Below are positions 46,755 through 56,017 of a DNA stretch of 64,000 nt, one piece after another (the stretch's first letter is position 1; each line of letters starts with the position of its first letter). The notes below the pieces were generated by a model. It saw only the letters and a list, made by a program, of their open reading frames with translations. It was not told where the DNA came from and did no database searches. Location of the stretch: the NCBI GenBank assembly GCA_965207855.1, contig OZ242310.1, positions 1,656,686 through 1,720,685 on the forward strand, given 5' to 3'. This DNA comes from Candidatus Poribacteria bacterium. GTDB lineage: Bacteria; Poribacteria; WGA-4E; WGA-3G. A program made the translations under genes and the position numbers.

Positions 46755-47972
46755 TTACCGCGCCAGTATCGTTACCCACGCGTGTGTGCCATTAATTGCA
46801 AGTTTTGGTGCTGGATGTCCTGCTTCAGCCAGTAACCTTCTCGCTATCGGTATACCCATGCCGAAACGCTGTACAAACCCAAAAGTTCGCATTGCTTCCG
46901 CCAGATTCGGGTTCCGATAGTCGATAAATCCTGGCTCGCCAAAATTTTCAGTCGTTATGGCACCGAATATACCCCCGGGACTTAAAATCTCGATCCTGTC
47001 GTTGTACCAATACACATGAACTGGGGCATTTGTCCCCTCGTAAGCCCTGTGCATAAGGGCGTTTCGGGTAAGCTGCTGCACCGCTTCTATCGGATAAAGT
47101 GCGGTTCGCTTTTCGAGAGGACCAGAGGTAATGTCAACCGCGATACGATTATGTGCTATCAGTTTATCATCTAAGCGACGGACTTGGTCAGGAATTGCAC
47201 CGCGGATCGCCAGACTGTCAACAATAACATCTGTGAGTTCATTTCCATCAATTCTGAGGAATTGCACATAAGCACAAGGCAGAAAGTCTTGTGGCTTTTT
47301 CCCAAGTGTGAGTATTCCAAGCACAGTCGCGGTCGGATCATCAGCGGCCGTAATCATTTTTGTTGCTGCGAGTTGCTCGTTCAGACTTCGATCATTCGCA
47401 GCCAATATCTCTTCAGAGAACGCTTTAGGGAGGTATTCGTAACTAAACAGTGCAAGGTTGAGATCCGAAATCCCAGTTGAACGAATCGGATAGAGGTCAA
47501 ACGGACGATCGCCATAGCGTCGTTTTTCGTTGAGTATCCGTTCATCTTGTGCTGTGGCGATACCGCGGCGGGGTCCAGTTCGGATATGGATCGCACCTCT
47601 GCAGCGGACCGGGGGTGAATTGGAAGGTAACACCGTAATCACTGCCACTTCCTTATTCTCCAGCAAACGCTTTTCCACTGTCAGTGATGGCGGTGGCAGG
47701 ATATTTCCATCCGTTTTCATATCTGCTAACCGCCGCAACAGTTCGTCTGTAATCGGTGTGGTTCCGAGAGTCGTATCGTCTCTTACACCCACAAAAACAA
47801 GGCCGGGGCTTCCGTTGGCAGGTAGATCGTTGGCAAAGGCACAGATCGCCTCCCGAATCCGTTGTGGTGCATTGCCAGACAAGGACTCCTTAAACTCAAC
47901 AGTGTCAGACTCTCCAACTTCGATAATTTGCAATAGTTCTTCGTCTGTAAACTGTTGCATTGTAATTTCCAT
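46755..47972 (-). CDS. AlbA_2 (Schlafen-like) DNA-binding domain / HATPase_c_4 ATP-binding protein (RecG-like putative regulator)
   Basis: ESDTVEFKESL...REAICAFANDL...GLVFVGVRDD is the AlbA_2 signature. The C-terminal half resembles the HATPase_c_4 region of this family. Confidence 0.7.
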   Translation of the reverse strand: MEITMQQFTDEELLQIIEVGESDTVEFKESLSGNAPQRIREAICAFANDLPANGSPGLVFVGVRDDTTLGTTPITDELLRRLADMKTDGNILPPPSLTVEKRLLENKEVAVITVLPSNSPPVRCRGAIHIRTGPRRGIATAQDERILNEKRRYGDRPFDLYPIRSTGISDLNLALFSYEYLPKAFSEEILAANDRSLNEQLAATKMITAADDPTATVLGILTLGKKPQDFLPCAYVQFLRIDGNELTDVIVDSLAIRGAIPDQVRRLDDKLIAHNRIAVDITSGPLEKRTALYPIEAVQQLTRNALMHRAYEGTNAPVHVYWYNDRIEILSPGGIFGAITTENFGEPGFIDYRNPNLAEAMRTFGFVQRFGMGIPIARRLLAEAGHPAPKLAINGTHAWVTILAR

Positions 47973-48086
47973 TGTTTAAATGCATGTTAATCGTTTGTAT
48001 TTTCCCCAACAACCAACCATCGTGAATGCGAAAAGTATACAGTATATTGCAAAATATATCAAGATGAGCGTTCACACTACAAAAAA

Positions 48087-49775
48087 TCAATACAGCACAT
48101 GCACCCGATTCTTCCCGCGCACCGTTTCATCTGGCATCGCAATGGGAACCTCAACGATAACGATGAGAGCACCATCTGTGCTAATCGCGAGCGTATCATA
48201 AGGGAGCTGCCCTTCCGTGCGGTAGGTGTACAGGTATTTTGATAAGCCACTGCCTTCGGCTGTCAGGTCGAACATTGACACGCCGTGAAGGCTCTCATTC
48301 GGATCCTGCGTACGCTTGGAAACAGATAACAGGGCGTAGCGATCCGTCGCGTCAATGCGTAAACCTTGGGGCATATTCTCAAGTTGCCACTGCCAGATTT
48401 TTTCCCCCGTCCACGAATACGCGAACAGGGTCATCGCATTCGGGTGTGCGCCCGAAGGGCGTTGCGCGCCTTTTCGGAGATGGTAGGGAATATATGTATC
48501 ACCCGTAACAAAAAGTGCCGCTGCGTCCGTCGCATCAATTGTGCCAGAGGTGGCTACGATAGGAATACCGCTTACCTCTAATGGAGTTGTCAGATTTTCC
48601 TGCCATATCGGTTCTGGGTTATTGACATCAAAGATGAATGCGCGTCCATCATCTGTTGTTACGTTGATAAACTTACCATCGGGGGACACACTCACCCCAC
48701 GCCAAAACGTGACCTGTGAGAAATATGGGGTCAACGGTTCAATATCAGCGCGCCACTTTTCGGTCCCGTCTTTCGCGTTGAGGACGACGAGTTTGCCGTT
48801 ACCTTTTGTCGTGTTCCCCTGTAAATTATGTCCGGCATCTGTGACGAGCGCGAGTGTTTCTCCATCAGCACTTGCGTCAAACCAGCGTATTATCCTCGAT
48901 ACCGCGCTATCGTGGGGCCATTTCCAAATAACGTTTCCCGTTTTATTATCGAACCTATAGAGCTGAGACTTCTTACGGGGTGTATCGTTTTCTGTCCACG
49001 AATGCACACCAGCAACCAGAAGGTCGCCGTTCGCCAGCGTTTGCATACAAGACTGACCGGGGTAGCTGACCCATGCATAGACACTTCCAGGATCACTCGG
49101 CGTGGAAGTCTCTATGTCGTCGGCTGTACGGTATTTCCAGCGAAGGGTCGGCGTATCGGTTGTTAGATTGTAGCAATAGATAAATCCGTCTGATGCCTGT
49201 TCTCCGACATAGAGCAGCGCGTTGTCAGGACTAAACGCCACCCGTCGCACGTAGCCTTCCGAGATGCGGGTCTTCCAAAGCGTTTCACCCGTGATGGGTT
49301 GAAGAATCGTGAGGTGTCCACTGTCTGTCGCAACTGCCAACTTTTCTGTGTTGGACGCGTTTCCGGTCCCCAAGGCGACGGCTGTCGGTTTTGCGGGTTG
49401 ACGGAGGTCTTCCATCAATGACAAAAGCCCATCTAATTCAACGGTCCGAATGAGATAAGGTTCAGGCTTGAGTGGTGAAGTTGCTGTTGTCTCATTCTCG
49501 CTCAAGCGGAATTGGTAATTTTCGTTCGGTTGCCATGTGAATTGGAGAAAAACGCGATTCACGTCAAGCCTCTGAATTGTAGGTGCCTCGGCTAATGCGT
49601 GTGTTGTGCCGTTGGACATCGTTGCGACATTAATCTCACCTTCAATGCCGTTTTTCTGTTGTGTTTCAAGTACTACGCCTGTCCGTACCCAAGTGATGCC
49701 CATATCGGCTGTCACAATACCAATGGGTGAAACTATCAACAGACAGAATAGCGTAAAAAATTGAATTCGTTTCAT
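48087..49775 (-). CDS. secreted PQQ-like / WD40-like beta-propeller repeat protein
   Basis: Start moved to MKRIQFFTLFCLLIVSPIGIVTA (signal peptide). Repeated G-x-x-x-W-K/Q propeller blades (GETLWKTR, GNVIWKWP, GTEKWRAD, PEPIWQEN, GEKIWQWQ). Confidence 0.65.
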   Translation of the reverse strand: MKRIQFFTLFCLLIVSPIGIVTADMGITWVRTGVVLETQQKNGIEGEINVATMSNGTTHALAEAPTIQRLDVNRVFLQFTWQPNENYQFRLSENETTATSPLKPEPYLIRTVELDGLLSLMEDLRQPAKPTAVALGTGNASNTEKLAVATDSGHLTILQPITGETLWKTRISEGYVRRVAFSPDNALLYVGEQASDGFIYCYNLTTDTPTLRWKYRTADDIETSTPSDPGSVYAWVSYPGQSCMQTLANGDLLVAGVHSWTENDTPRKKSQLYRFDNKTGNVIWKWPHDSAVSRIIRWFDASADGETLALVTDAGHNLQGNTTKGNGKLVVLNAKDGTEKWRADIEPLTPYFSQVTFWRGVSVSPDGKFINVTTDDGRAFIFDVNNPEPIWQENLTTPLEVSGIPIVATSGTIDATDAAALFVTGDTYIPYHLRKGAQRPSGAHPNAMTLFAYSWTGEKIWQWQLENMPQGLRIDATDRYALLSVSKRTQDPNESLHGVSMFDLTAEGSGLSKYLYTYRTEGQLPYDTLAISTDGALIVIVEVPIAMPDETVRGKNRVHVLY

Positions 49776-49807
49776 TGTTGTGTTCCTTTCTATGAGGGAG
49801 TGATAGT

Positions 49808-51811
49808 TTAGTCCGCTACACGCCAGAGGCCTCGTCCTAATCTCGCACCGAGAAGTACGCCGATAAACGTATAGACGAATCCTTCTATCAGAATTCGGAG
49901 AATGATATACCAATCGGCGTAAAAAAGCCGATAGAGCAGTATAGAGAGTTGGAGATCAACATAGACGGCAATCGCATCACAGAGACCTAACACAACTGCC
50001 CATGCGAACAGACTACGACTTCGCACAAATAGAAAACCCGTTTCCAAGAGAAGAACGCTTGTGCCGGTGTAGACGATCGCCATCGGTGTAAAAAGTCCGA
50101 ACGTCACACCACCGAGCAGTAAGCGGACTGCAGAGACAAGCAAGATAACACCACTCCCGTTATTATGTGGTTTCAGGGCATCGCTCGCCGAATTTTCAGG
50201 GTCTCCACTAATATAAATTAACAATGCCGTCAGCAAAGCGTAGTAGAGCGTCTCATTTATCAAGCCAGTCACCAGTACGGAAATAGGTCCGAGGAGTGCG
50301 CGGATTAAGTTAAGAAACAACGTGGACGGGACCATTACCGCCACAAAAACAGTCGTGCCAAAGAGTGCGATAACAATGAGTTGTTTCGTGGTGAAACCCG
50401 CGAACAGTTGTTTGTGCAACTTTAAGACAACTGCCAATCCGATCGTACTGCTAATGATTGCCAATAGACTAACAAGCAATGCTTGTTGGTTTGGAACAAT
50501 CAGGTGAAGTGGACGCTCTTCACGAAAGATTGTTGCATCGCTTCCCCAGACCTTTACCGAAATATCGCGCGTGTATCCTCCAGGAATCGCCTGTTCTATC
50601 TTACCCGCTTTTAGATACGTCGGATGAAAGTAGATAGGTAAGGGAATCTCAGTAACTTCGCCTCCCGGCAGACTCGCAAAGGCAACGCTCCGGTTCGTTC
50701 CGCCGTTTGCTGTCTCTGGTGGTGAAAGAAAAGGAACAACTTCACCAGTCTTTATATCTCTATTGATTGATGACACAGCCACATGGATAGTCTCTTCGCC
50801 CTGATTGTGGAGGCGGATGGTCTGAAAGGTTGTCGGCTCAAATGGATTCGTCTGTGAGGGGTCAAGCCAACTGAACAGTGGACGCGGGTAGTAGATGGTA
50901 TCCGCCCGCTGCTTGGTGTCTACTGCGCCTGTTGCGTCTGTAGGCATCTCGATCGATGCTATTGAGAGGTATTTAGTAATCTCTGAAACGGTTGCCGTTC
51001 GCAACTGTACCGTTGTCTGTTGTTCCCATGTCTGTCCTGTATCTGTTGTGAAGCGGACAACTCCCGATATTTCTTGCTTATCTGAGTCAGCTGCTCTGGA
51101 GGTTTTCAGCACTAGTTCACGGTACCAGACCTCCGATGCGATCCCAAATCTACCTGTGGTCGAGAGACAGATTCCTGCGTTGGTCGTTTCAGTCTGCCAA
51201 CCTGTTGGCAAACGCACAACAGTTAACGTTGATGGGAGACAGAGTTCGACCTCAAAAGTTGTCGGGGTTTTTCCATTTCTAACGAGGACTGTGGCTGTCA
51301 TTTCGCTGTCCTGTAGGACGAGCGCGACTTGATCGTTGTTTGTTGTATCTCCTGCTTCCAGTTGCGTCCCAACACCATAAGGGATGGCGATTTCTAAACT
51401 CCCTTGTGTGTATGTCCGCGGCGCAGTTACCGTTTGAACGTCCACATCGCCTGTTGTTAAGGTCGCTTCAAACCTATAGGTTTCTCCTTCACGCCATTCA
51501 AAATAGAGTGGCTCTGTCTGACGGGGTGGCGTAGGAAAATTGAGCTGCGCAACCATCGCACCGTCGGCGTTAAAGGCGTTCAGGAGTTGAACGGGTGCTT
51601 CCGCGCGCAATTGCACCTTTGCCCCCAATGAAAAGAATGTCACCTTCCATGTGAAAGGCTCTTCTTTGGGAGCTGAGGCACAACTCAGCAAAAAAACGAG
51701 GAGAGGCAAACAACAAGCCGCCTTGGATAAGAGGTCTGAACTGTGATTTATGAGATTGGTAGATGGTTCCTGATTAGGTACTCTTTTAATCATAGCAAAT
51801 CTTAAAATCAT
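49808..51811 (-). CDS. lipoprotein-like protein with large extracytoplasmic domain and C-terminal polytopic membrane domain (hypothetical)
   Basis: Lipobox-like LLVFLLSC, about 400 aa of beta-rich soluble region, then about 6-7 hydrophobic helices. No family recognised. Confidence 0.55.
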   Translation of the reverse strand: MILRFAMIKRVPNQEPSTNLINHSSDLLSKAACCLPLLVFLLSCASAPKEEPFTWKVTFFSLGAKVQLRAEAPVQLLNAFNADGAMVAQLNFPTPPRQTEPLYFEWREGETYRFEATLTTGDVDVQTVTAPRTYTQGSLEIAIPYGVGTQLEAGDTTNNDQVALVLQDSEMTATVLVRNGKTPTTFEVELCLPSTLTVVRLPTGWQTETTNAGICLSTTGRFGIASEVWYRELVLKTSRAADSDKQEISGVVRFTTDTGQTWEQQTTVQLRTATVSEITKYLSIASIEMPTDATGAVDTKQRADTIYYPRPLFSWLDPSQTNPFEPTTFQTIRLHNQGEETIHVAVSSINRDIKTGEVVPFLSPPETANGGTNRSVAFASLPGGEVTEIPLPIYFHPTYLKAGKIEQAIPGGYTRDISVKVWGSDATIFREERPLHLIVPNQQALLVSLLAIISSTIGLAVVLKLHKQLFAGFTTKQLIVIALFGTTVFVAVMVPSTLFLNLIRALLGPISVLVTGLINETLYYALLTALLIYISGDPENSASDALKPHNNGSGVILLVSAVRLLLGGVTFGLFTPMAIVYTGTSVLLLETGFLFVRSRSLFAWAVVLGLCDAIAVYVDLQLSILLYRLFYADWYIILRILIEGFVYTFIGVLLGARLGRGLWRVAD

Positions 51812-51851
51812 AAGAATCTTGGTTCAGACTTCTACTGAGAACCGATAACCA

Positions 51852-53192
51852 TTAAAGTCCCTGTCCTATCAACACTAAATCAAGGACATTAACAACTTGG
51901 TCTCCGTTGACATCGGCGACTATGCCCGGGCCCTCGTCCCCCAAGAATCGGCTGGCAATGATTAGGTCTTCCTCGTTGACGAACCCATCGTTGTTGATGT
52001 CTTCACGGCGTGGGACAATCTGTGCGAATCCCACATTGTTAGCACCGGATCCAACGCGGTAGGATCGCAGGAGAGACGCATCCATGACATCCATAACGCG
52101 AACGAAATCCTGTCCGCCGCCCGACCAATCGGGTTGGGTGATATAGAGACTTCCATCTGGTGCGAAGGTCAGTCCCCCACTGATAGAGGCATCTGCATCG
52201 TTGCTGAAGTTGGCGATCACGTCATCTTCATCCCGAATCCACGCTTGTGCCGCGACATCGTAGATAAGCAAACCTGGATTTTGCCAACTCCCTTGGAGAA
52301 ATAACTGCTTTTGTGAATTGAGAGCGACGGAGCCAGGCGTGAAGCCAAGTTTGACCGTTTCGATAATCTCATCGGTGGTCGCGTCAATCAGAACGAGATG
52401 CCCCGAAATGTCATTGTAATTACCCGTTGTTTTGAGAACGATAGTGGAGCCGCCATCGTTGACGATTGTGCTTGCGTTTGTCGGTACCGGTATGGATTTC
52501 AATATGATATCAGTCTCCGTGTCAATCACTGTGACACTGCTATCGTAATAGGTCGTTTTCCGTGCGACCGGGTCCCACTCCCATGCCGGATTCGAGACAT
52601 AAGCTTTGCCGTTGAGGAGCGTGATGCCGGTCGGTTTGTTGAAGGAACCCGTGAGGACCTTTGTCACGTTGCGATTTGGAATATCAACGACATGCACCTC
52701 ATGTGCTGCTGCACAGGTGACGTATAGCTTCTGATTATTGATCAAAGCGATCTGCTGCGGCGTTGTACCCGCTTGGATTGGAATTTCACCAACAAACTCT
52801 CGATTTTCCAAGTTTATAATATAGATGTTGTCACCGGAACTTGTTCCGCCAGTGATAGGTAAGTTAAAAGTTGTTATATAGGCAAGATGCCCGTGAATAG
52901 AGAGACCTATTGCCCGCCGCCGCAATATTGGATCAAAGCCGAAGCGAAGTATCTCATTATCAACAGCCCGTCTTTCATTCGGTTCCATTAAGTCGATAAG
53001 TGAGAGTGAAGCGGTGATGCCTAAGTCGGGATGTGTCAGGGCGTTTATGACAACTGCCAGTTCCTGAACTTCTGTTTGTCCGAAAGCTGAACTAAGGAGA
53101 AGTGTGAAGAGTATCGCTCCTATAAGTAAGAGCGATTGTAAATTGTGAGAATGGCACGAAAAATGCCGCCGAGTCAAAAAAACTTTGTTCAT
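51852..53192 (-). CDS. secreted YVTN-type beta-propeller protein with C-terminal dockerin
   Basis: Start moved to MNKVFL, with GGAGG 7 nt upstream. YVTN-like blades (LYVTCAAAHEVHVVD, AYVSNP, SVTVIDTETD). The C-terminal duplicated Ca-loop DINNDGFVNEED / DVNGDQVVNVLD indicates a type I dockerin. Confidence 0.65.
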   Translation of the reverse strand: MNKVFLTRRHFSCHSHNLQSLLLIGAILFTLLLSSAFGQTEVQELAVVINALTHPDLGITASLSLIDLMEPNERRAVDNEILRFGFDPILRRRAIGLSIHGHLAYITTFNLPITGGTSSGDNIYIINLENREFVGEIPIQAGTTPQQIALINNQKLYVTCAAAHEVHVVDIPNRNVTKVLTGSFNKPTGITLLNGKAYVSNPAWEWDPVARKTTYYDSSVTVIDTETDIILKSIPVPTNASTIVNDGGSTIVLKTTGNYNDISGHLVLIDATTDEIIETVKLGFTPGSVALNSQKQLFLQGSWQNPGLLIYDVAAQAWIRDEDDVIANFSNDADASISGGLTFAPDGSLYITQPDWSGGGQDFVRVMDVMDASLLRSYRVGSGANNVGFAQIVPRREDINNDGFVNEEDLIIASRFLGDEGPGIVADVNGDQVVNVLDLVLIGQGL

Positions 53193-53658
53193 TAGAACCT
53201 CCGTAATGAAACAAAAAACCCCTGCCTTCATAGCCTTTTTGTAGCAAGCGTTGACTTGCAAACGGCTCGAAAAGCAGAGGAGGCGACATTCTGTGCGAAT
53301 CTGATCCTGTCGTTTCGTGTGAGAATTCTATACCTTTATGGGTATTTCTATGTTTCTGACAGGATATTGCTGCGCGCTGTTCCACTGCTTTCCCGCGAAA
53401 GCAGATATGTGAAACACGATTCAGGCAGGTCTCCTGACTTCCGATCTTGCGTCCACTGAACCTTCCCATCAATGCATTGACAGTGGTTTCTACAGCGGAT
53501 ATTTACGATCGTTCACAGTGGCGGGGCCGTGGCGGATTCTCACCGCGCTTCCCTATTCTCCGGCTCTCTCCGGCACCTAAATCGTCAGCTTATTTAATTG
53601 TAATATCTATATTGTATCACGTTGTGCTATTTTTTGCAAATGTTTTTTGGTTAAAAAT

Positions 53659-53687
53659 TTGACAATGTAATGTAGATGTGTTATTAT
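53659..53687 (+). promoter_or_regulatory. promoter of the hisI-trpEG leader
   Basis: TTGACA (53659-53664), a 17-nt spacer, then TATTAT (53682-53687). Confidence 0.55.
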
Positions 53688-53761
53688 TAATATTAGTGTT
53701 TGGAATTTGGATAAAAATGAGCGTTTAGAAGTTATCAATCCGTCTGTGAAAAGTGATAAAC

Positions 53762-53863
53762 ATGACACTTGTACGTTCACACTCCAACTTGCATAGCGTA
53801 TCCAACCATTGGCATTGGTGGCGTTCCAACTGCTTGCTGGGGAGTGTGCGCTTAGACAGATAA
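53762..53863 (+). CDS. candidate His/Trp-rich leader peptide (33 codons)
   Basis: Hand translation gives MTLVRSHSNLHSVSNHWHWWRSNCLLGSVRLDR*. It has three Trp and four His codons. Location is between the promoter and the terminator upstream of hisI-trpEG. The RBS is weak, and an in-frame GTG lies at 53753. Confidence 0.55.
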   Translation: MTLVRSHSNLHSVSNHWHWWRSNCLLGSVRLDR

Positions 53864-53911
53864 ATACAATAAAAATAGAAAATCGCCTTTTTTCATTTTT
53901 AAATCTTGTTG

Positions 53912-53957
53912 AAGCCTTATGCATACCAATCCCGGAAGCGTAAGGTTTTTTATTTTT
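53912..53957 (+). terminator. intrinsic terminator / attenuator hairpin before hisI
   Basis: CCTTATGC (53915-53922) pairs with GCGTAAGG (53938-53945), including one G-U, followed by TTTTTTATTTTT. The hisI RBS AAGGAGG follows immediately. Confidence 0.6.
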
Positions 53958-53973
53958 AAGGAGGAGAATCCGA

Positions 53974-54354
53974 ATGAAAATTCTATCGGAACTTAAGTAT
54001 GACAGGGATGGCTTAGTTGCTGCAGTCATTCAAGATGACGCGAACAACGAAATTTTAATGGTAGGTTATATGAACGCGGAAGCAATAGAAGAGACGCTAA
54101 CAACTGGGCGCGTCTGCTTCTGGAGCCGTTCCCGCCAGAAACTCTGGATAAAGGGGGAGACTTCAGGGCATACACAGACGGTTAAGTCTGTCGCGATTGA
54201 TTGCGACGGTGATGCCTTGCTCATAAAAGTTGATCAGAAGGTAGCAGCGTGTCATGTTGGCTATCGTTCCTGTTTCTTTCGAGAAGTTTCCCCCGACGGA
54301 GAGTCAACACATATCGTAGGTGAAAAGATTTTCGATGCAGATGCCGTTTATTAG
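53974..54354 (+). CDS. hisI: phosphoribosyl-AMP cyclohydrolase
   Basis: VIQDDANNEILMVGYMN, WSRSRQKLWIKGETSGH, DCDGDALL and CH.GYRSCFF motifs. Monofunctional, 126 aa. Confidence 0.92.
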   Translation: MKILSELKYDRDGLVAAVIQDDANNEILMVGYMNAEAIEETLTTGRVCFWSRSRQKLWIKGETSGHTQTVKSVAIDCDGDALLIKVDQKVAACHVGYRSCFFREVSPDGESTHIVGEKIFDADAVY

Positions 54355-54478
54355 ATGCCGATATTTCGTCGATTCTTGTATCCTTGCATCCGTTCGAGAA
54401 TTGCTTGATTAAATTCATCTATAGTCTCGATTTTATAGGAAAGCCCCTAATTACCTAACCGCAAGGAATAATTGAAAA

Positions 54479-55981
54479 ATGTATTATCCTACGTTGGAAG
54501 ACTTTCGCGAGGCAGCGAAAGCAGGAAACACAGTACCCGTATACCGATCTATTTTAGCGGATATGGAGACGCCGGTATCTGCCTTTTATAAGTTGATGCC
54601 AGATAATTATGCGTTTCTGTTAGAGAGTGTTGAAGGCGGTGAGAATGTTGCGCGCTATTCATTTCTGGGAAGTCAGCCATCAGTGCTTTTCCGGAGCAAA
54701 GGACATCAGGTTACTATTGAGGACTTGACGACAGGTGAAACTGTATCACAAGAATATGAAGACCCCTTAGGGGCACTTGAGGAGATGATGCGGAATTATG
54801 AACCTGTCCATATCGAGGGCTTACCGCAATTCCACGGCGGGGCGGTCGGTTATATGAGTTACGACATGGTGCGTTTCGTAGAGGAGTTGCCTGATAGCAC
54901 TGAAGATGATCTGCAGATTCCGGATTGCTTTTTCATGATTGCCGAGACGATTCTGATATTTGATCATGTGAACCATCAGATTCGGGTGGTAGTGAACGCA
55001 TGTATTGACGGAGATGTGGACACGGCTTATGCGAATGCAGTTGCGAAAATTGATGTCTTGGTAAAAAAACTCACGGCTGTTCCAGAAATACGCCTGGACG
55101 CGAACAAAGATGATCCATCAGAGCCGCAAGAGGATGTCTCATCTAAGCCGCAGTCGAATTTCACGAAGTCTGCTTATGAGGATATGGTGCGACATGCCAA
55201 AGAGTACATAGCAGCAGGGGACATCATCCAGGCTGTATGTTCGCAGCGGCTGAATTGTCCAGTATCCGTAGACCCATTTGAGATTTATCGAGCGTTGAGA
55301 GTGGTCAACCCCTCGCCATATATGTACTATCTGAAATTTGATAGCTTTAACATCGTAGGTGCATCCCCAGAGATGATGGTCCGTGTAGAAGACGGCATCG
55401 TCCAGACGGTTCCAATCGCTGGCACACGTCCGCGTGGCGCGACACCAGAAGAAGATAAAGCGTTAGAACAGGAACTCCTCACGGATCCCAAAGAACGTGC
55501 GGAGCACGTCATGCTCGTGGATTTAGGACGAAACGACCTTGGACGTGTATGCGAGTATCATAGCGTTGAGGTGACCGACCTTATGATCGTCGAACGTTTT
55601 TCACATGTGATGCACATCGTTTCACGCGTCGTTGGCCGCCTGCGCGAGAATATGACGGCTTTTGATGTCCTCCGTTCGTGTCTACCCGCCGGTACGCTCT
55701 CTGGTGCCCCCAAGGTACGGGCGATGGAAATCATCGACGAACTTGAATCGACGCGACGCGCCACATACGGCGGCGCAGTCGGTTACTTCAGTTTCTCTGG
55801 CAGTGCTGACACAGCGATTACGATCCGAACTGCACTTATTAAAGATGGGATCGCTTACGTGCAAGCCGGGGGTGGGATCGTCGCGGATTCGGTGCCTGAA
55901 ACCGAGTATTATGAAACCCTAAATAAGGCGTGGGCAATGTTCACGGCTATTGAGTTGGCGGAGCAAGGGCTTTTGTTGTGA
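54479..55981 (+). CDS. trpE: anthranilate synthase component I
   Basis: FLLESVEGGENVARYSFLG (Trp-feedback LLES motif), GAPK, and GGAVGY...IRT chorismate-binding core. 500 aa. Confidence 0.92.
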   Translation: MYYPTLEDFREAAKAGNTVPVYRSILADMETPVSAFYKLMPDNYAFLLESVEGGENVARYSFLGSQPSVLFRSKGHQVTIEDLTTGETVSQEYEDPLGALEEMMRNYEPVHIEGLPQFHGGAVGYMSYDMVRFVEELPDSTEDDLQIPDCFFMIAETILIFDHVNHQIRVVVNACIDGDVDTAYANAVAKIDVLVKKLTAVPEIRLDANKDDPSEPQEDVSSKPQSNFTKSAYEDMVRHAKEYIAAGDIIQAVCSQRLNCPVSVDPFEIYRALRVVNPSPYMYYLKFDSFNIVGASPEMMVRVEDGIVQTVPIAGTRPRGATPEEDKALEQELLTDPKERAEHVMLVDLGRNDLGRVCEYHSVEVTDLMIVERFSHVMHIVSRVVGRLRENMTAFDVLRSCLPAGTLSGAPKVRAMEIIDELESTRRATYGGAVGYFSFSGSADTAITIRTALIKDGIAYVQAGGGIVADSVPETEYYETLNKAWAMFTAIELAEQGLLL

Positions 55982-56017
55982 GAAATAATCGTCGATTTTT
56001 GTTAAAGGAGGAAAAAA

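Noticed and set aside
53695-53973. T-box riboswitch as an alternative explanation of the hisI leader.
   Set aside because: Only a GGTGG pentamer resembles the T-box sequence. No specifier-loop, AG-bulge or antiterminator bulge architecture is visible. The W/H-rich ORF plus terminator fits peptide-mediated attenuation better.
53092-54029. ORFs 53092-53472(-), 53447-53662(+) and 53607-54029(-).
   Set aside because: They overlap the real start of the YVTN propeller gene, the leader promoter/terminator or the hisI start. None has an RBS or recognisable motifs.
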